Part shown: piece by piece, positions 48,144-57,670 of the stretch | Numbering within the stretch: the stretch's first letter is position 1 | Layout of the letters: the number at the start of each line of letters is the position of its first letter | Source of the DNA: Acidimicrobiales bacterium | GTDB lineage: Bacteria; Actinomycetota; Acidimicrobiia; Spongiisociales; ZC4RG35 | Direction: 5' to 3' | Length of the DNA: 64,000 nucleotides | Assembly (NCBI GenBank): GCA_024103415.1 | Contig: JAGFIR010000015.1 | Location: forward strand, 9,261 to 73,260 | Notes under the pieces: generated by a model | The model's database searches: none | Seen by the model: the letters and a program-made list of their open reading frames with translations, nothing else | What the model was told of the DNA's origin: nothing | Translations under genes and position numbers: made by a program

Positions 48144-49111
48144 AAGTCGACCCACCGTCCGTGATGGTGCGCTTCGGCCACCTGACGCCATCCCGTCCCG
48201 TCGTCGATGTCGAGCGACGAGCCGTCGTCCCGCCACCGCTGGCCGAGTGAGATCCGGAAGACGTCCCGATCCCGGCGTGCGTCGGCGACCGCTTCCTCCA
48301 GCGCTGATCTCTGCTCCGGTGTGAGCTGGTTGAGGGTGAAGGAGTCCATGACCACCACCGGTTCACCTGCGGGCAGCGTGTCGAGCACCTCCGGGAGGGT
48401 GATGGATGCGTCGCCGGCGACCATTTCGATGTCGAGGCCGGCCGTGATGTCGAGCGCGGCCCGCAAGCGAGACCGCCGGTCGGGGTCCTCGGGCCACAGG
48501 AGCGCCTCGAGCCAAGCCCGGTCGTCGGGGTCCCTCGGGTCGAGCGGGTTGACGTCGAGACCGATGCGTCTCCCGACCGCGACCGGGCGGGGCTGCGGAT
48601 CGGCGCCCCGAGACCCGGCTTCGAGGAGCAACGGCGACGTGCCCCACTCGACATCGCCCCAGCGGTAGCGGTACCGGTCGAGGGCGAGGTTGAGCCCGGC
48701 GCTGGCTCCGATCTCGACGAGATGGAAGCGGTCGAGCCCGCTCATCCACACCGCGGGCAGGAGCGCCACACACCGCCGCGCCTCGTTGGTCTGGGTGTAA
48801 CGCGTGGCTCCGATCGTGGCGACCTCCGCCTCGTGGTCGAGCACGAATCGCCGGAAGTGACCGGCGAGGTCGTCGTCGATGGGTCTGGGGTCATCGGTCA
48901 GGCTGGCGTAATAGGAGGCCAGCGGGTCGTCAGTCCCGCGGGCGAGGATCATGTGCACCGCGGCGAGGAGGATGTTGAGCTGGGGGAGGTTGGCCACCCC
49001 GTCGAGGACCCTCACCAGTTCGGTGTCATCGGCGATGACACCAGAGAGGCGGACGTAGAGAGGCGAGTCGACGGCGTGCTTTGCCCAGGCGGCGATGGCC
49101 TCCGGCGTCAA
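48128..49111 (-). CDS. DUF2332-like protein
   Basis: Conserved-hypothetical pattern (LNILLAAVHMI..., HLVEIGASAGLNL). Start uncertain: TTG at 49111 adjacent to the rnhA stop is proposed. Confidence 0.45.
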   Translation of the reverse strand: MTPEAIAAWAKHAVDSPLYVRLSGVIADDTELVRVLDGVANLPQLNILLAAVHMILARGTDDPLASYYASLTDDPRPIDDDLAGHFRRFVLDHEAEVATIGATRYTQTNEARRCVALLPAVWMSGLDRFHLVEIGASAGLNLALDRYRYRWGDVEWGTSPLLLEAGSRGADPQPRPVAVGRRIGLDVNPLDPRDPDDRAWLEALLWPEDPDRRSRLRAALDITAGLDIEMVAGDASITLPEVLDTLPAGEPVVVMDSFTLNQLTPEQRSALEEAVADARRDRDVFRISLGQRWRDDGSSLDIDDGTGWRQVAEAHHHGRWVDFYVLP

Positions 49112-49764
49112 AGGGTCGACCTCCGGTAGGCCGTGGCCAGGGAGTCCGCGTACTCGTTCCACCGGTAGCCCGAGTGGGCCGGGACCCACTGGATCCTGGC
49201 GCCGGGTCGCTCCTTGGCCAGCCGGTAGGCCTTCTGGACCAGCTCGAGGTTGGCGATCGGACCGGTCTTGCGCTTCCAGCCGCGTCTCTCCCACCCGGCG
49301 GCCCACTTGGTGATGGTGTCGACCACGAGACGGGAGTCGGTGTAGACGTCGACCGTCTCGTCAGGCCCGATCATCTCCAGCCCGGCGATCATCGCCGTCA
49401 ACTCCATCCGGTTGTTGGTGGTGTGGGGCTCGCTCCCCATCTTCTCGTCCACCACCACTCCGTCCTGCACGCGGACCGCCCCCCAGCCACCGGGTCCCGG
49501 GTTGCCCTCGGAGGCGCCGTCGGTGAACACCCCCGTGTCGGGCCCATCGGTGAAGCGCTCGAGCACTTCGGCGATGGTGAGATCACGGGAGCGGCTGGCG
49601 GAGCTGCCGCGTGCCCTGGTCGCCTTCTGGCTCGGTTCGGGCTTGCTGTCCCTGCGGGTGGCGTCCCGGCACTTCATGCACTGCGCCGGCACCCAGCCGG
49701 GGTACCTGTCGAGTACCTCCTGCCGCACGTCGAATCGGGCGCCGCAGGTCTCGCAGGTGAACAC
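49108..49764 (-). CDS. rnhA: Ribonuclease HI with N-terminal CxxC-x17-CxxC zinc-ribbon extension
   Basis: GTG start 1 nt after the phosphatase stop. RNase H catalytic residues in TDGAS, MELTAM, DSRLVV, and PAHSG..NEYAD. N-terminal CETCG...CMKC. Confidence 0.75.
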   Translation of the reverse strand: MFTCETCGARFDVRQEVLDRYPGWVPAQCMKCRDATRRDSKPEPSQKATRARGSSASRSRDLTIAEVLERFTDGPDTGVFTDGASEGNPGPGGWGAVRVQDGVVVDEKMGSEPHTTNNRMELTAMIAGLEMIGPDETVDVYTDSRLVVDTITKWAAGWERRGWKRKTGPIANLELVQKAYRLAKERPGARIQWVPAHSGYRWNEYADSLATAYRRSTL

Positions 49765-49765
49765 C

Positions 49766-51049
49766 TCAGGCCTCGTCCGTCTCCAGGTGGGCGGCGACGG
49801 CGAAGTCGAGGACGACGGGCCCCTCCGGCACCAGCGCCACGTGGGTGACCGAGGTGTTCTCGGGGGTGTGGAGAGACTCAGAGAAGGGGTCGTCGGTGTC
49901 GGTGAGGCCCGCGATGTAGGACCTGATGGCCCCACCGTGGGCAACGACCACGGTGGGCTCGCCCTCGGCCGGATCCAGCGCGGCGATGGTGTTGGACACC
50001 CGGGCGGTCAGTTCGCCCCACGACTCGCCGGTGGTCCCGCGGCGGAGGTCGACGCCGTACTCGTAGATCGCCTCCATGTCCTGGGGCCAGCGCTCGTGGA
50101 TCTCGGTTGTGGTGAGACCCTCCCAATCGCCCATGTACATCTCCTGGAGACCGGGCACCGGGGTGACGCCGTCGAGGGCGACCTTCTCCGCGGTGGACAT
50201 TGCCCGCTTAAGCGGCGAGGCGTAGACGGTCGGGTGCTGCCCGTACCAACGGCCGAGCAGCTCGGCCTGTCTCATCCCTTCCTCGTCGAGCGGCCAGTCG
50301 CCCCGGCCCTGCCAGCGCTGCTCGGTGTTGGCCCGGGTCCGGCCGTGACGCACCAGTGCGACCACGGGTGTGCCCTGGCTCAGGTGGTACTCGACTGTCC
50401 GGTTCCGGGGACCCAGATGGCCGGTGTCGTTGAAGGTGGCGAGACGGGTCCGGCCCCACTGGAACACCAGCCTGGTTATCGAGGTGTTGGAGGCGATGGG
50501 ATGGACCCTCCGGCCCCTGCCCGGCAGGTGTCTCTCCAGGATCGGCTGGAGGAACCCTCCGTGGGTGACCACGATCGCCCTCTCCCCGTCGCCGAGTCGG
50601 TCGAGAACCTTCTGCACCGCTCCCCATGCCCGGCGGCCGACCTCGTTGAGGGTCTCACCGGTGCCGCCCAAGGGTGTGTCCCAGTCGGTGAACGCCGCCT
50701 CCATCTCGTCGCGGTGGTTGCGGTCGGTCTCCTCGAAGGAGAGGCCCTCCCACCGGCCGACGTCCATCTCGATGAAGTCCTCGTCGATGACCGGGTCCGA
50801 TGTGATGGCCTCGGCGGTGCGCCGGGTGCGGGTCAGCGGCGACGCGATGACCACGTCGTGCCGCCAGCGCGACATCCGCTTGGCGAGCGCCTCGAGACTG
50901 GCCTCACCGGCCTCGCTCAGGGGGCCGTCGGTGCGGCCGTGCCAGAGACCGTCCACGTTCGCCTGCGACTCGGCATGACGGATGAAGACGATCTCTTTGG
51001 TGTTGCTGCGGGTGGCGTAGGGCACGCCCACGAAGTCCTTGCGGGTCAT
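49766..51049 (-). CDS. Tandem histidine-phosphatase (phosphoglycerate-mutase/CobC-like) two-domain protein
   Basis: 427 aa with two complete RHG-motif domains (FIRHAESQAN...VTHGGF and LVRHGRTRAN...VAHGGA). Confidence 0.8.
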   Translation of the reverse strand: MTRKDFVGVPYATRSNTKEIVFIRHAESQANVDGLWHGRTDGPLSEAGEASLEALAKRMSRWRHDVVIASPLTRTRRTAEAITSDPVIDEDFIEMDVGRWEGLSFEETDRNHRDEMEAAFTDWDTPLGGTGETLNEVGRRAWGAVQKVLDRLGDGERAIVVTHGGFLQPILERHLPGRGRRVHPIASNTSITRLVFQWGRTRLATFNDTGHLGPRNRTVEYHLSQGTPVVALVRHGRTRANTEQRWQGRGDWPLDEEGMRQAELLGRWYGQHPTVYASPLKRAMSTAEKVALDGVTPVPGLQEMYMGDWEGLTTTEIHERWPQDMEAIYEYGVDLRRGTTGESWGELTARVSNTIAALDPAEGEPTVVVAHGGAIRSYIAGLTDTDDPFSESLHTPENTSVTHVALVPEGPVVLDFAVAAHLETDEA

Positions 51050-51084
51050 CCGGCGAGGACTCTAAAGCGTGCCCTGGCGCTGTC

Positions 51085-53139
51085 TCAGGAGATGAACGCC
51101 GAGGCGAAGATCAGCGAGACGATCGTCATCACCTTGATGACGATGTTCATCGCCGGGCCTGACGTGTCCTTGAAGGGGTCGCCCACGGTGTCGCCGATGA
51201 CGGCGGCCTTGTGCGACTCGCTGCCCTTGCCACCGAAGGCGCCGGCCTCGATGAACTTCTTGGCGTTGTCCCAGGCACCGCCCGAGTTGGCCATGAAGAT
51301 GGCCAGGAGGAAGCCGGTGACCAGGGCTCCACCGAGTAGGCCCCCCAGCATCTCGACGTCGATGAAGCCGACCACCAGCGGCAGGGCGATCGTGATGACA
51401 CCGGGGACGATCATCTCCCGCAGCGACCCGCGGGTGGCGATGTCGACGCAGGTCTCGTAGTCGGGCTTGGCGTCGGGGTTGCCCTCCTTGAGACCGGCGA
51501 TGTCCCGGAACTGGCGACGCACCTCGTCGATCATCTTCCCGGCGGCCCGGCCGACGGCGTTCATGGTGAGCGCCGCGAACAGGAACGGGAACATGGCGCC
51601 GAGGAAGAGGCCGATGGTGACCTCGGCCCGGGAGATGTCGATCCCGTCGAGCCCGACCGCCTGGGTGAAGGCGTTGAACAATGCCAGGGCCGTCACCGCC
51701 GCAGAGGCGATGGCGAAGCCCTTGGCGATGGCGGCGGTTGTGTTGCCCAGGGAGTCGAGGGCGTCGGTGGACTGACGGACCTCGGCCGGCAGGTGAGCCA
51801 TCTCGGCGATGCCACCGGCGTTGTCGGCGATGGGGCCGTAGGCGTCGACCGAGATCGTGATGCCAAGCGTGGCGAGCACGCCGATGGCGGCGATGGCGAC
51901 GCCGTAGATGCCGCCCCCCGACCCCATTGCCCAATCACCGGCGAAGTAGGCGGCGCCGATGCCGACCACCACGGCTATGACGGAGAAGGCCGCCGAGCGC
52001 ATGCCCTCGGCGATGCCGGAGATGATCACGGTGGCCGGACCGGTCTGGGACTGGCGGGCGATCTCCTTGACTGTCTTGTACTCGTCGGAGGTGAACCACT
52101 CGGAGATCTTCCCGACGAACCAGCCGACGACGAGGCCGGCGACCACTGCGAGCCAGAGGCCCACCCAGTTCTCCACCTTGTCGCCGAAGATCCAGTAGGC
52201 GAGGCCGGCGACGCCGGCGGCGGTCACGATCATGGCGAAGTTGGTGCCGCGGTGCAGGGCAGAGGCCAGGTGATCGGCGTCCTTGGCCTTGACCAGGAAC
52301 GAGCCGACGATCGAGGCCAGCATCCCGAGTGCGGCGACGGCCAGAGGGAAGATGATCGCCTCGGAGATGAACGCCGCACCGGCAAAGGCCAGAGAGGCGT
52401 ATGCGACCGGGGCGACGAGGGCCCCGGCGTAGGACTCGAAGAGGTCGGCGCCCATGCCGGCGACGTCACCCACGTTGTCACCGACGTTGTCGGCGATCAC
52501 CGCCGGGTTGCGAGGATCGTCCTCGGGGATGCCCGCCTCGACCTTGCCCACCAGGTCGGCGCCCACGTCCGCGGCCTTGGTGTAGATGCCACCGCCGACA
52601 CGGGCGAACAGGGCGATCGAGGAGCCACCGAGACCGATTGCGGTGACGATGTCGACCCAGTCCTCCTCACCGAGGAGGTTGTTGAAGATGAGGAAGCCGG
52701 CGGCGATGCCGAGCAGGCCGAGCCCGGCGACGGTGAAGCCCATGACCGCGCCGCCGCGGAAGGCGACGGGAAGGGCTCCCGGCACGCCACCGGTGCGGGC
52801 GGCCTCCGCCGTGCGGGCGTTGGAGGCCGTTGCGATCCGCATCCCGACGAATCCGGCGAGAGCGGAGAGCACCGCCCCGAACACGTAGGCGACGGCCCCC
52901 CACGGGCGGCCCCAGTCGAGCAGCACGGCGATGAGAACCGCCATGACGACCACGAAGACGGCGACCCAGATGTACTCGCGTCGGATGAACGCCATGGCGC
53001 CGGCCCGGATCGCCGAGGACAGCTCGACCATCCGCTCGTTGCCCGGGGGACGCTGGCCCACCCAGCGGGCGAAGTAGAAGGCGAGGATCAGCGCCAGGGC
53101 GGCCGAGCCCAGGGCGAGATACAGGATCGTGTCAGACAT
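51085..53139 (-). CDS. hppA: Membrane-bound proton/sodium-translocating pyrophosphatase
   Basis: 684 aa from MSDTILYLALGSAALALI... Conserved GGIYTKAADVGADLVGKVE and DNVGDNVGD motifs. Confidence 0.9.
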   Translation of the reverse strand: MSDTILYLALGSAALALILAFYFARWVGQRPPGNERMVELSSAIRAGAMAFIRREYIWVAVFVVVMAVLIAVLLDWGRPWGAVAYVFGAVLSALAGFVGMRIATASNARTAEAARTGGVPGALPVAFRGGAVMGFTVAGLGLLGIAAGFLIFNNLLGEEDWVDIVTAIGLGGSSIALFARVGGGIYTKAADVGADLVGKVEAGIPEDDPRNPAVIADNVGDNVGDVAGMGADLFESYAGALVAPVAYASLAFAGAAFISEAIIFPLAVAALGMLASIVGSFLVKAKDADHLASALHRGTNFAMIVTAAGVAGLAYWIFGDKVENWVGLWLAVVAGLVVGWFVGKISEWFTSDEYKTVKEIARQSQTGPATVIISGIAEGMRSAAFSVIAVVVGIGAAYFAGDWAMGSGGGIYGVAIAAIGVLATLGITISVDAYGPIADNAGGIAEMAHLPAEVRQSTDALDSLGNTTAAIAKGFAIASAAVTALALFNAFTQAVGLDGIDISRAEVTIGLFLGAMFPFLFAALTMNAVGRAAGKMIDEVRRQFRDIAGLKEGNPDAKPDYETCVDIATRGSLREMIVPGVITIALPLVVGFIDVEMLGGLLGGALVTGFLLAIFMANSGGAWDNAKKFIEAGAFGGKGSESHKAAVIGDTVGDPFKDTSGPAMNIVIKVMTIVSLIFASAFIS

Positions 53140-53245
53140 CGTTGTTTCGACTCCTGAGGGGTTGAACGGCGTCGGAGTGTAGGCGTCCGCCGAGCCTCGA
53201 CTTCCGCCACACACCAAAAGGGAACGCCCTGAGGCGTTCCCTTTC

Positions 53246-53321
53246 TGGCAGTCCCGACGGGATTTGAACCCGCGTTACCGGCTTGAGAGGCCGGCGTCCT
53301 AGACCGCTAGACGACGGGACC
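53246..53321 (-). tRNA. tRNA-Glu (anticodon CTC), CCA encoded
   Basis: Minus-strand GGTCCCGTCGTCTAGCGGTCTAGGACGCCGGCCTCTCAAGCCGGTAACGCGGGTTCAAATCCCGTCGGGACTGCCA. Anticodon loop CTCTCAA. Confidence 0.85.
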
Positions 53322-53357
53322 ATGTTTCAAGGGCGGTCCTTTCGGGCCGCCCTCCGG

Positions 53358-53429
53358 CTCGGGGGGAAGGACTCGAACCCTCAATAACAGGGCCAGAACC
53401 TGTCGTGTTGCCGATTACACCACCCCCGA
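53358..53429 (-). tRNA. tRNA-Gln (anticodon CTG)
   Basis: Minus-strand TCGGGGGTGGTGTAATCGGCAACACGACAGGTTCTGGCCCTGTTATTGAGGGTTCGAGTCCTTCCCCCGAG. Anticodon loop TTCTGGC. A GC hairpin (53322-53357) separates it from tRNA-Glu. Confidence 0.8.
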
Positions 53430-53522
53430 ACGCGTCGCCCACAGAGGGAGACGTGTTGGATGCCTACATCATAGCCCAGGTCCCGGATCAGCCGAAAGCC
53501 CGGCCCGGTACCCTGGCGGCCG

Positions 53523-53885
53523 ATGAGCGACCCCGTTGCCCATGCCCAACAGGTCCGTCGTGAGCACCCCGCCCCGGACGGCGGCCTGCTCCTCACCTGG
53601 ATCCGGCACACCGAGCGTTCCAGCACCGGCGTGGTCGACATCGCCCCGGGTGGCGGGCTGAAACCGCACATCCACGAGACCCACGACGAGATCGTGACGG
53701 TCCTCGAGGGTTCGGTTGACTTCCGGGTCGGCGACGAAGTCTTCGAGGCCACCGCAGGCGACGTCATCCCCGTGGCCGCCGGCACCGTGCACGCCCCGAT
53801 CCATTCCTCCGGGGGCTGTCTCATGATCTCGGTGTTCACCCCCTGGTTCGACCCGGACGCCCCCGACCGCGTGTTCGTCGACTGA
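53523..53885 (+). CDS. Cupin-domain protein
   Basis: 120 aa. Two-His cupin motif region HIHETHDEIVTVLEGS...GTVHAP. Confidence 0.7.
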   Translation: MSDPVAHAQQVRREHPAPDGGLLLTWIRHTERSSTGVVDIAPGGGLKPHIHETHDEIVTVLEGSVDFRVGDEVFEATAGDVIPVAAGTVHAPIHSSGGCLMISVFTPWFDPDAPDRVFVD

Positions 53886-54508
53886 TGGGCGGTCAATCCG
53901 ACACCCCGGAGCGCACTCTCGACGAGGCCGACCTCCCCGACGACCCGTTAACCCTGTTCGCGGGATGGCTGGGGGAGGCGATGGAGGTGGAGCGACCCGA
54001 GCCCACCGCCATGGCGCTGGCCACCGCGGGCTATGACGGCTCCCCATCCGCCCGCATGGTGTTGATGCGTGGATTCGACGAGCGGGGCATCGTCTGGTTC
54101 ACCAATTACCGGAGCCGCAAGGGACGCGAGCTCGACCACTCCAGACGGGCGGCGGTCGTCTTCTACTGGGGCCGATTGGAGCGCCAGGTGCGCATCGAGG
54201 GAACGGTGGAGCGGGTCTCGAATGAGGAGTCCGACGAGTACTTCGCCTCCCGGGCACCGGGCAGCCGACTGGGGGCCTGGGCGTCGGAGCAGTCGGAGAC
54301 CATTCCCGACCGGGAGCACCTGGAGCGCCGTTTCGCAGAGATGGAGGAGCGCTTCGGCGACGACCCGCCCCGTCCATCGCACTGGGGCGGATACCGGCTC
54401 ACCCCGACCTACTGGGAGTTCTGGCAGGGCCGTCGCAACCGTCTCCACGACCGGATCGGTTACCGGCAGTCCGCGGGGGTTTGGGAGCGGTTCCGACTCG
54501 CTCCCTAA
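53885..54508 (+). CDS. pdxH: Pyridoxamine 5'-phosphate oxidase
   Basis: 207 aa. RMVLMRGFDERGIVWFTNYRSRKGREL...VERFRLAP matches PdxH throughout. Confidence 0.85.
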   Translation: MGGQSDTPERTLDEADLPDDPLTLFAGWLGEAMEVERPEPTAMALATAGYDGSPSARMVLMRGFDERGIVWFTNYRSRKGRELDHSRRAAVVFYWGRLERQVRIEGTVERVSNEESDEYFASRAPGSRLGAWASEQSETIPDREHLERRFAEMEERFGDDPPRPSHWGGYRLTPTYWEFWQGRRNRLHDRIGYRQSAGVWERFRLAP

Positions 54509-54921
54509 GGGACTCGCAACGGGAACGCCGTCGCCGTGGCAGAGACCCGCAACGGCTCGTCGTCACCGATGAAGAGCCCGAGCAGCCCCACGTCCACAGC
54601 GCCCCGCACCACGACCGTCACCGCTGAATTGCCCGGCGTCAGCGTCACTTCGACATCCGTCAGTTCGACGCCCTGGAAGTCGACGGATCGAGTGACCAGC
54701 TGCACGGTGCGGCCCGGATCGAGAGCCAACTCGCCGGTCGACCGATACAAGGACTCGTCGATCCCCGAGGCGCCGGCGACCGCGGCGGAGTCGGCGATCG
54801 CCGCCAGCTCCCGCTGGTAGGCCAGTGCCCGCCAGTAATCGATCGCCAGCCCGCCGAACGCCAGGAGCAGAAGGGACAGGCCCAGCATCCACATCGTGAT
54901 GGTCCCCCGCTCCCGACTCAC
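54505..54921 (-). CDS. TadE/TadG-like pilus-assembly protein (Tad N-terminal domain)
   Basis: GTG start overlaps the upstream tadE stop (GTGA). N-terminus ERGTITMWMLGLSLLLLAFGGLAIDYW. Confidence 0.55.
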   Translation of the reverse strand: MSRERGTITMWMLGLSLLLLAFGGLAIDYWRALAYQRELAAIADSAAVAGASGIDESLYRSTGELALDPGRTVQLVTRSVDFQGVELTDVEVTLTPGNSAVTVVVRGAVDVGLLGLFIGDDEPLRVSATATAFPLRVP

Positions 54922-55346
54922 GGGAGGCTCCGGTACAGGTCGATCGGCTCGCTGTGGTCGGCCGAGAGCCACAGGCCGCCCACCGATCCCCAGGGGGTCA
55001 CGACCAGAGGCACCCAGATCTCCACCTCGAGGGTGACCAGGGACCCGCGCTCGAGGCTGCAGGTGCCCGTCGCGCCCCCGATGAACGCCGGTCGGGCGCC
55101 GCACCAGCCAACGCGGACACGATCCGTCCCCAGGCCGTGGCCTTCGGCCATCCTGGCGACCAGAGCCTCGCCCTGTCGCTGGTCGAGATCGATCGCCACC
55201 GCCCTGGCTCCTTCCGCGGCCGCAGCCTCGGCCAGGACGTTCCGCTCCGACCACGGGCCGAACGCGAGCACCACGATCGCGACCGGGAGCATGAGCAGCC
55301 CGACACCGAGCGCGAGCTCGAGGGCGGCGTGACCACGATCTCTCAT
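54918..55346 (-). CDS. TadE-like protein
   Basis: 142 aa. N-terminal RGHAALELALGVGLLMLPVAIVVLAFG (TadE motif). ATGA overlap with the upstream gene. Confidence 0.6.
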   Translation of the reverse strand: MRDRGHAALELALGVGLLMLPVAIVVLAFGPWSERNVLAEAAAAEGARAVAIDLDQRQGEALVARMAEGHGLGTDRVRVGWCGARPAFIGGATGTCSLERGSLVTLEVEIWVPLVVTPWGSVGGLWLSADHSEPIDLYRSLP

Positions 55347-55735
55347 CGCTCGGGCTCGAGAAAGCCCTCCACGCGGAGGGAGACGACGAAATCGGGTGTC
55401 AGGGGCACCCACGCCTGGAACACCGCGTCCGCGTTCGCAACCATTCCGCCCCCGACGCTGGAGCACGCGATCACCAGTCTGTCGGACATGGCGCCGCCGA
55501 GCAGCTGGGAAGCGACACCCGCAGCGGTCTCCTGACAGGCGTCCGTCGAACGGGTGACGCTTCCCGTGCGGACACCCTGTTCGAGGGCCGATCGGATTGC
55601 TCCCCTCCCGTACTGGACCACCACCAGGTTGGCCAGGCCCACGAAGAGCAGCAGGCTCAGCCCTGCGGCGAGGACGAACTGGACCGACGTGAGGCCGGAG
55701 TCGCTCAGCCGCCCAGCAACTGCCCTCTTATCCAT
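55343..55735 (-). CDS. TadE-like protein
   Basis: About 130 aa. N-terminal SGLTSVQFVLAAGLSLLLFVGL. Start uncertain; ATG at 55735 overlaps the flp 3' end by 30 nt. Confidence 0.5.
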   Translation of the reverse strand: MDKRAVAGRLSDSGLTSVQFVLAAGLSLLLFVGLANLVVVQYGRGAIRSALEQGVRTGSVTRSTDACQETAAGVASQLLGGAMSDRLVIACSSVGGGMVANADAVFQAWVPLTPDFVVSLRVEGFLEPER

Positions 55736-55887
55736 CCGACGATGTCGACACCCAGGGCCTGCAAGGCACCCCAGATGACAACTAGTGCCGCGATCGCCAG
55801 GGCGGCATTGCCCATCAGTTCGGCGGTGTTCAGACCCCTCTCGTCGTGACGGAGGGCGTGCGCCCATTCTCTCAACGCTGGCAGCAT
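55705..55887 (-). CDS. flp: Flp/Fap-family type IVb pilin precursor
   Basis: 60 aa. ...DERGLNTAELMGNAALAIAALVVIWGAL: a G/xxxxE[YL] prepilin motif followed by a hydrophobic helix. Strong SD (GGGAGG) 8 nt upstream. An alternative ATG at 55905 overlaps the tadC stop. Confidence 0.6.
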   Translation of the reverse strand: MLPALREWAHALRHDERGLNTAELMGNAALAIAALVVIWGALQALGVDIVGWIRGQLLGG

Positions 55888-55901
55888 TCCTGCCTCCCTT
55901 C

Positions 55902-56825
55902 TCATCGCCAGCTGGTTATCAGGTACGGGAGCGGCGCCGCCACGAAGAGGATCAGGACGGGAGCGAGGATGGCGATGGTGGGCACCAACATCGCCGCCCG
56001 TCTCTTTGTGGCGGACCTCTTCATGGCCTCGCGGCGCGATTCCCGAACGTCTTCGGAGAGGGCGAGCAGTGCACCGGCGAGATCGGCGCCCCGCTCTTCG
56101 GCGGTGGCGAGCAGGCGATAGGTCCTGGCGCAGAACGGCTCGGGCGTCAGCTCGGCGATCCTCCTGAAAGCCTCGGGTCCGGGCCATCCCGCCCGATGAA
56201 GTCTCAGGGCCTCGGCCAACTCCGCTATCACCTCGCCGCGGCCCCTGGAGACGAGAGATGACACCGCCCCGATCACCCCGCCTCCGACGCGGACCCTCAT
56301 CGCCAGGAGCTGGTTGATCGTGTAGATCTCGACACCCATCAGTTCCCGCCGAGCGTCGATGGCCGTCTGCAGACGCGCACCGGGCCGGGTCGCCCCAACC
56401 AAGGCGCCGAGGATGGCCAGCGTGACCGTCGGCCCGAGGGACCCCGAGACGAGGCGGGACGCCGCCAGCCCGATCACGCCGCCCAGGGCTACCGACCCGA
56501 GCTGTCGCATCCGGTACCGCGTCGCGGCCTCGTGCTCATCGAGACCCCGATACCACCCGGCCTGCCGGAGTCTGAGCGCGATCGACGCTGCAGCTCCCCG
56601 ATCGAGGATCGCCCCGAGCCGTTCGGCGATCTCGCCCAGCAGCGGCCCGAAAACTCGGGCGAATACTCCATCGAATCCATCACGCAACTGGGCACGAGGC
56701 GTCACGTAGGCAGAGACCCTGCTCCCCAACCTCCGTGGTGGCGGAGCCACGGCGGCTACCAGGAATCCGGCGACCAGAGCCGTGGCCAGAGCAGAGGCGA
56801 ACACCAGCGGCTCTGGCCAGGTCAT
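55902..56825 (-). CDS. tadC: TadC (type II secretion system F-domain inner-membrane protein)
   Basis: 307 aa from MTWPEPLVFASALATALVAGFLVAAV. T2SSF-type membrane topology. ATGA overlap with tadB. Confidence 0.75.
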   Translation of the reverse strand: MTWPEPLVFASALATALVAGFLVAAVAPPPRRLGSRVSAYVTPRAQLRDGFDGVFARVFGPLLGEIAERLGAILDRGAAASIALRLRQAGWYRGLDEHEAATRYRMRQLGSVALGGVIGLAASRLVSGSLGPTVTLAILGALVGATRPGARLQTAIDARRELMGVEIYTINQLLAMRVRVGGGVIGAVSSLVSRGRGEVIAELAEALRLHRAGWPGPEAFRRIAELTPEPFCARTYRLLATAEERGADLAGALLALSEDVRESRREAMKRSATKRRAAMLVPTIAILAPVLILFVAAPLPYLITSWR

Positions 56826-57670
56826 GCGGTGTCCCCTGAGAAGACCCGCGGCTCCGGCGAGACCGCCGATAGCCGTGTCGCGATCAGGATCCCGACCAGG
56901 CTCATCACCCCGCCCACCAGGACCACGAGGACGCCGGCCGGCGTCGAGTAGAACTCGCGAAACGCGCCCGATCTCGCCGTCATCGCCACCAGCACAAGCC
57001 ACGGGAGGACGAAGACGACCCTCGAGTTGATCTTGTGTTCGAGGATCTCGGTTCGTATCTGCTCGTTGGCCCAACTGTCCCTTGTGGCGGCCTCCGCCAG
57101 GTCGGAGAGGATCTCACCCACCACCGGGCCGCCGCGCTCGTGGGCGAGGATCAGCACCTCCACGATCCGGTCGGTCACCGGATCCGCGAGATCAGCACGA
57201 ACCATGTCCAGTGCCGGGATCACACCGAGACTGCGCGCATACACCGGGAACCCCTGGAACGCCTCCCGCAACGGACGCGGGCCATGCCGAGCGAGATGCT
57301 CGAGGGCAATCGGGAGGGAGGCACCCGACCGGATCGACGCCAGGAGGTCCCGGATCCCGTCCGGCCATGCGTCCTGGACCGAGGCGACACGCCTGGCCCT
57401 GGAGCGGGCGTAGTAGGCCTTGGGGAGCATGGCCACGACGACCGCGGGAACTGCGGCGACCGCGAACAGACCGGTGATGCCGTATACGAAGACGAACGTG
57501 ACACCGGCGGCACCGATGACCGTCGCCCAGAACTGAGTGGGCGTGACATCCAGGCCATCGACCACTCTGGGTCGCCGGGCGGGCGCGGAGACCCTCCTCA
57601 TCCTGAGCAAGGCCACACCCACGCAGCCGACGGCAACAGCGGTGGCCGACGCTGCCAGAACCGGGATCAC
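56822..57670 (-). CDS. tadB: TadB (type II secretion system F-domain inner-membrane protein)
   Basis: GTG start overlaps the tadA stop (GTGA). T2SSF-like hydrophobic N-terminus and C-terminus. Confidence 0.7.
   Translation of the reverse strand: MIPVLAASATAVAVGCVGVALLRMRRVSAPARRPRVVDGLDVTPTQFWATVIGAAGVTFVFVYGITGLFAVAAVPAVVVAMLPKAYYARSRARRVASVQDAWPDGIRDLLASIRSGASLPIALEHLARHGPRPLREAFQGFPVYARSLGVIPALDMVRADLADPVTDRIVEVLILAHERGGPVVGEILSDLAEAATRDSWANEQIRTEILEHKINSRVVFVLPWLVLVAMTARSGAFREFYSTPAGVLVVLVGGVMSLVGILIATRLSAVSPEPRVFSGDTA

Noticed and set aside
53381-53896. 171-aa minus-strand ORF
   Set aside because: It overlaps tRNA-Gln and the antisense of the cupin gene. The translation is not protein-like.
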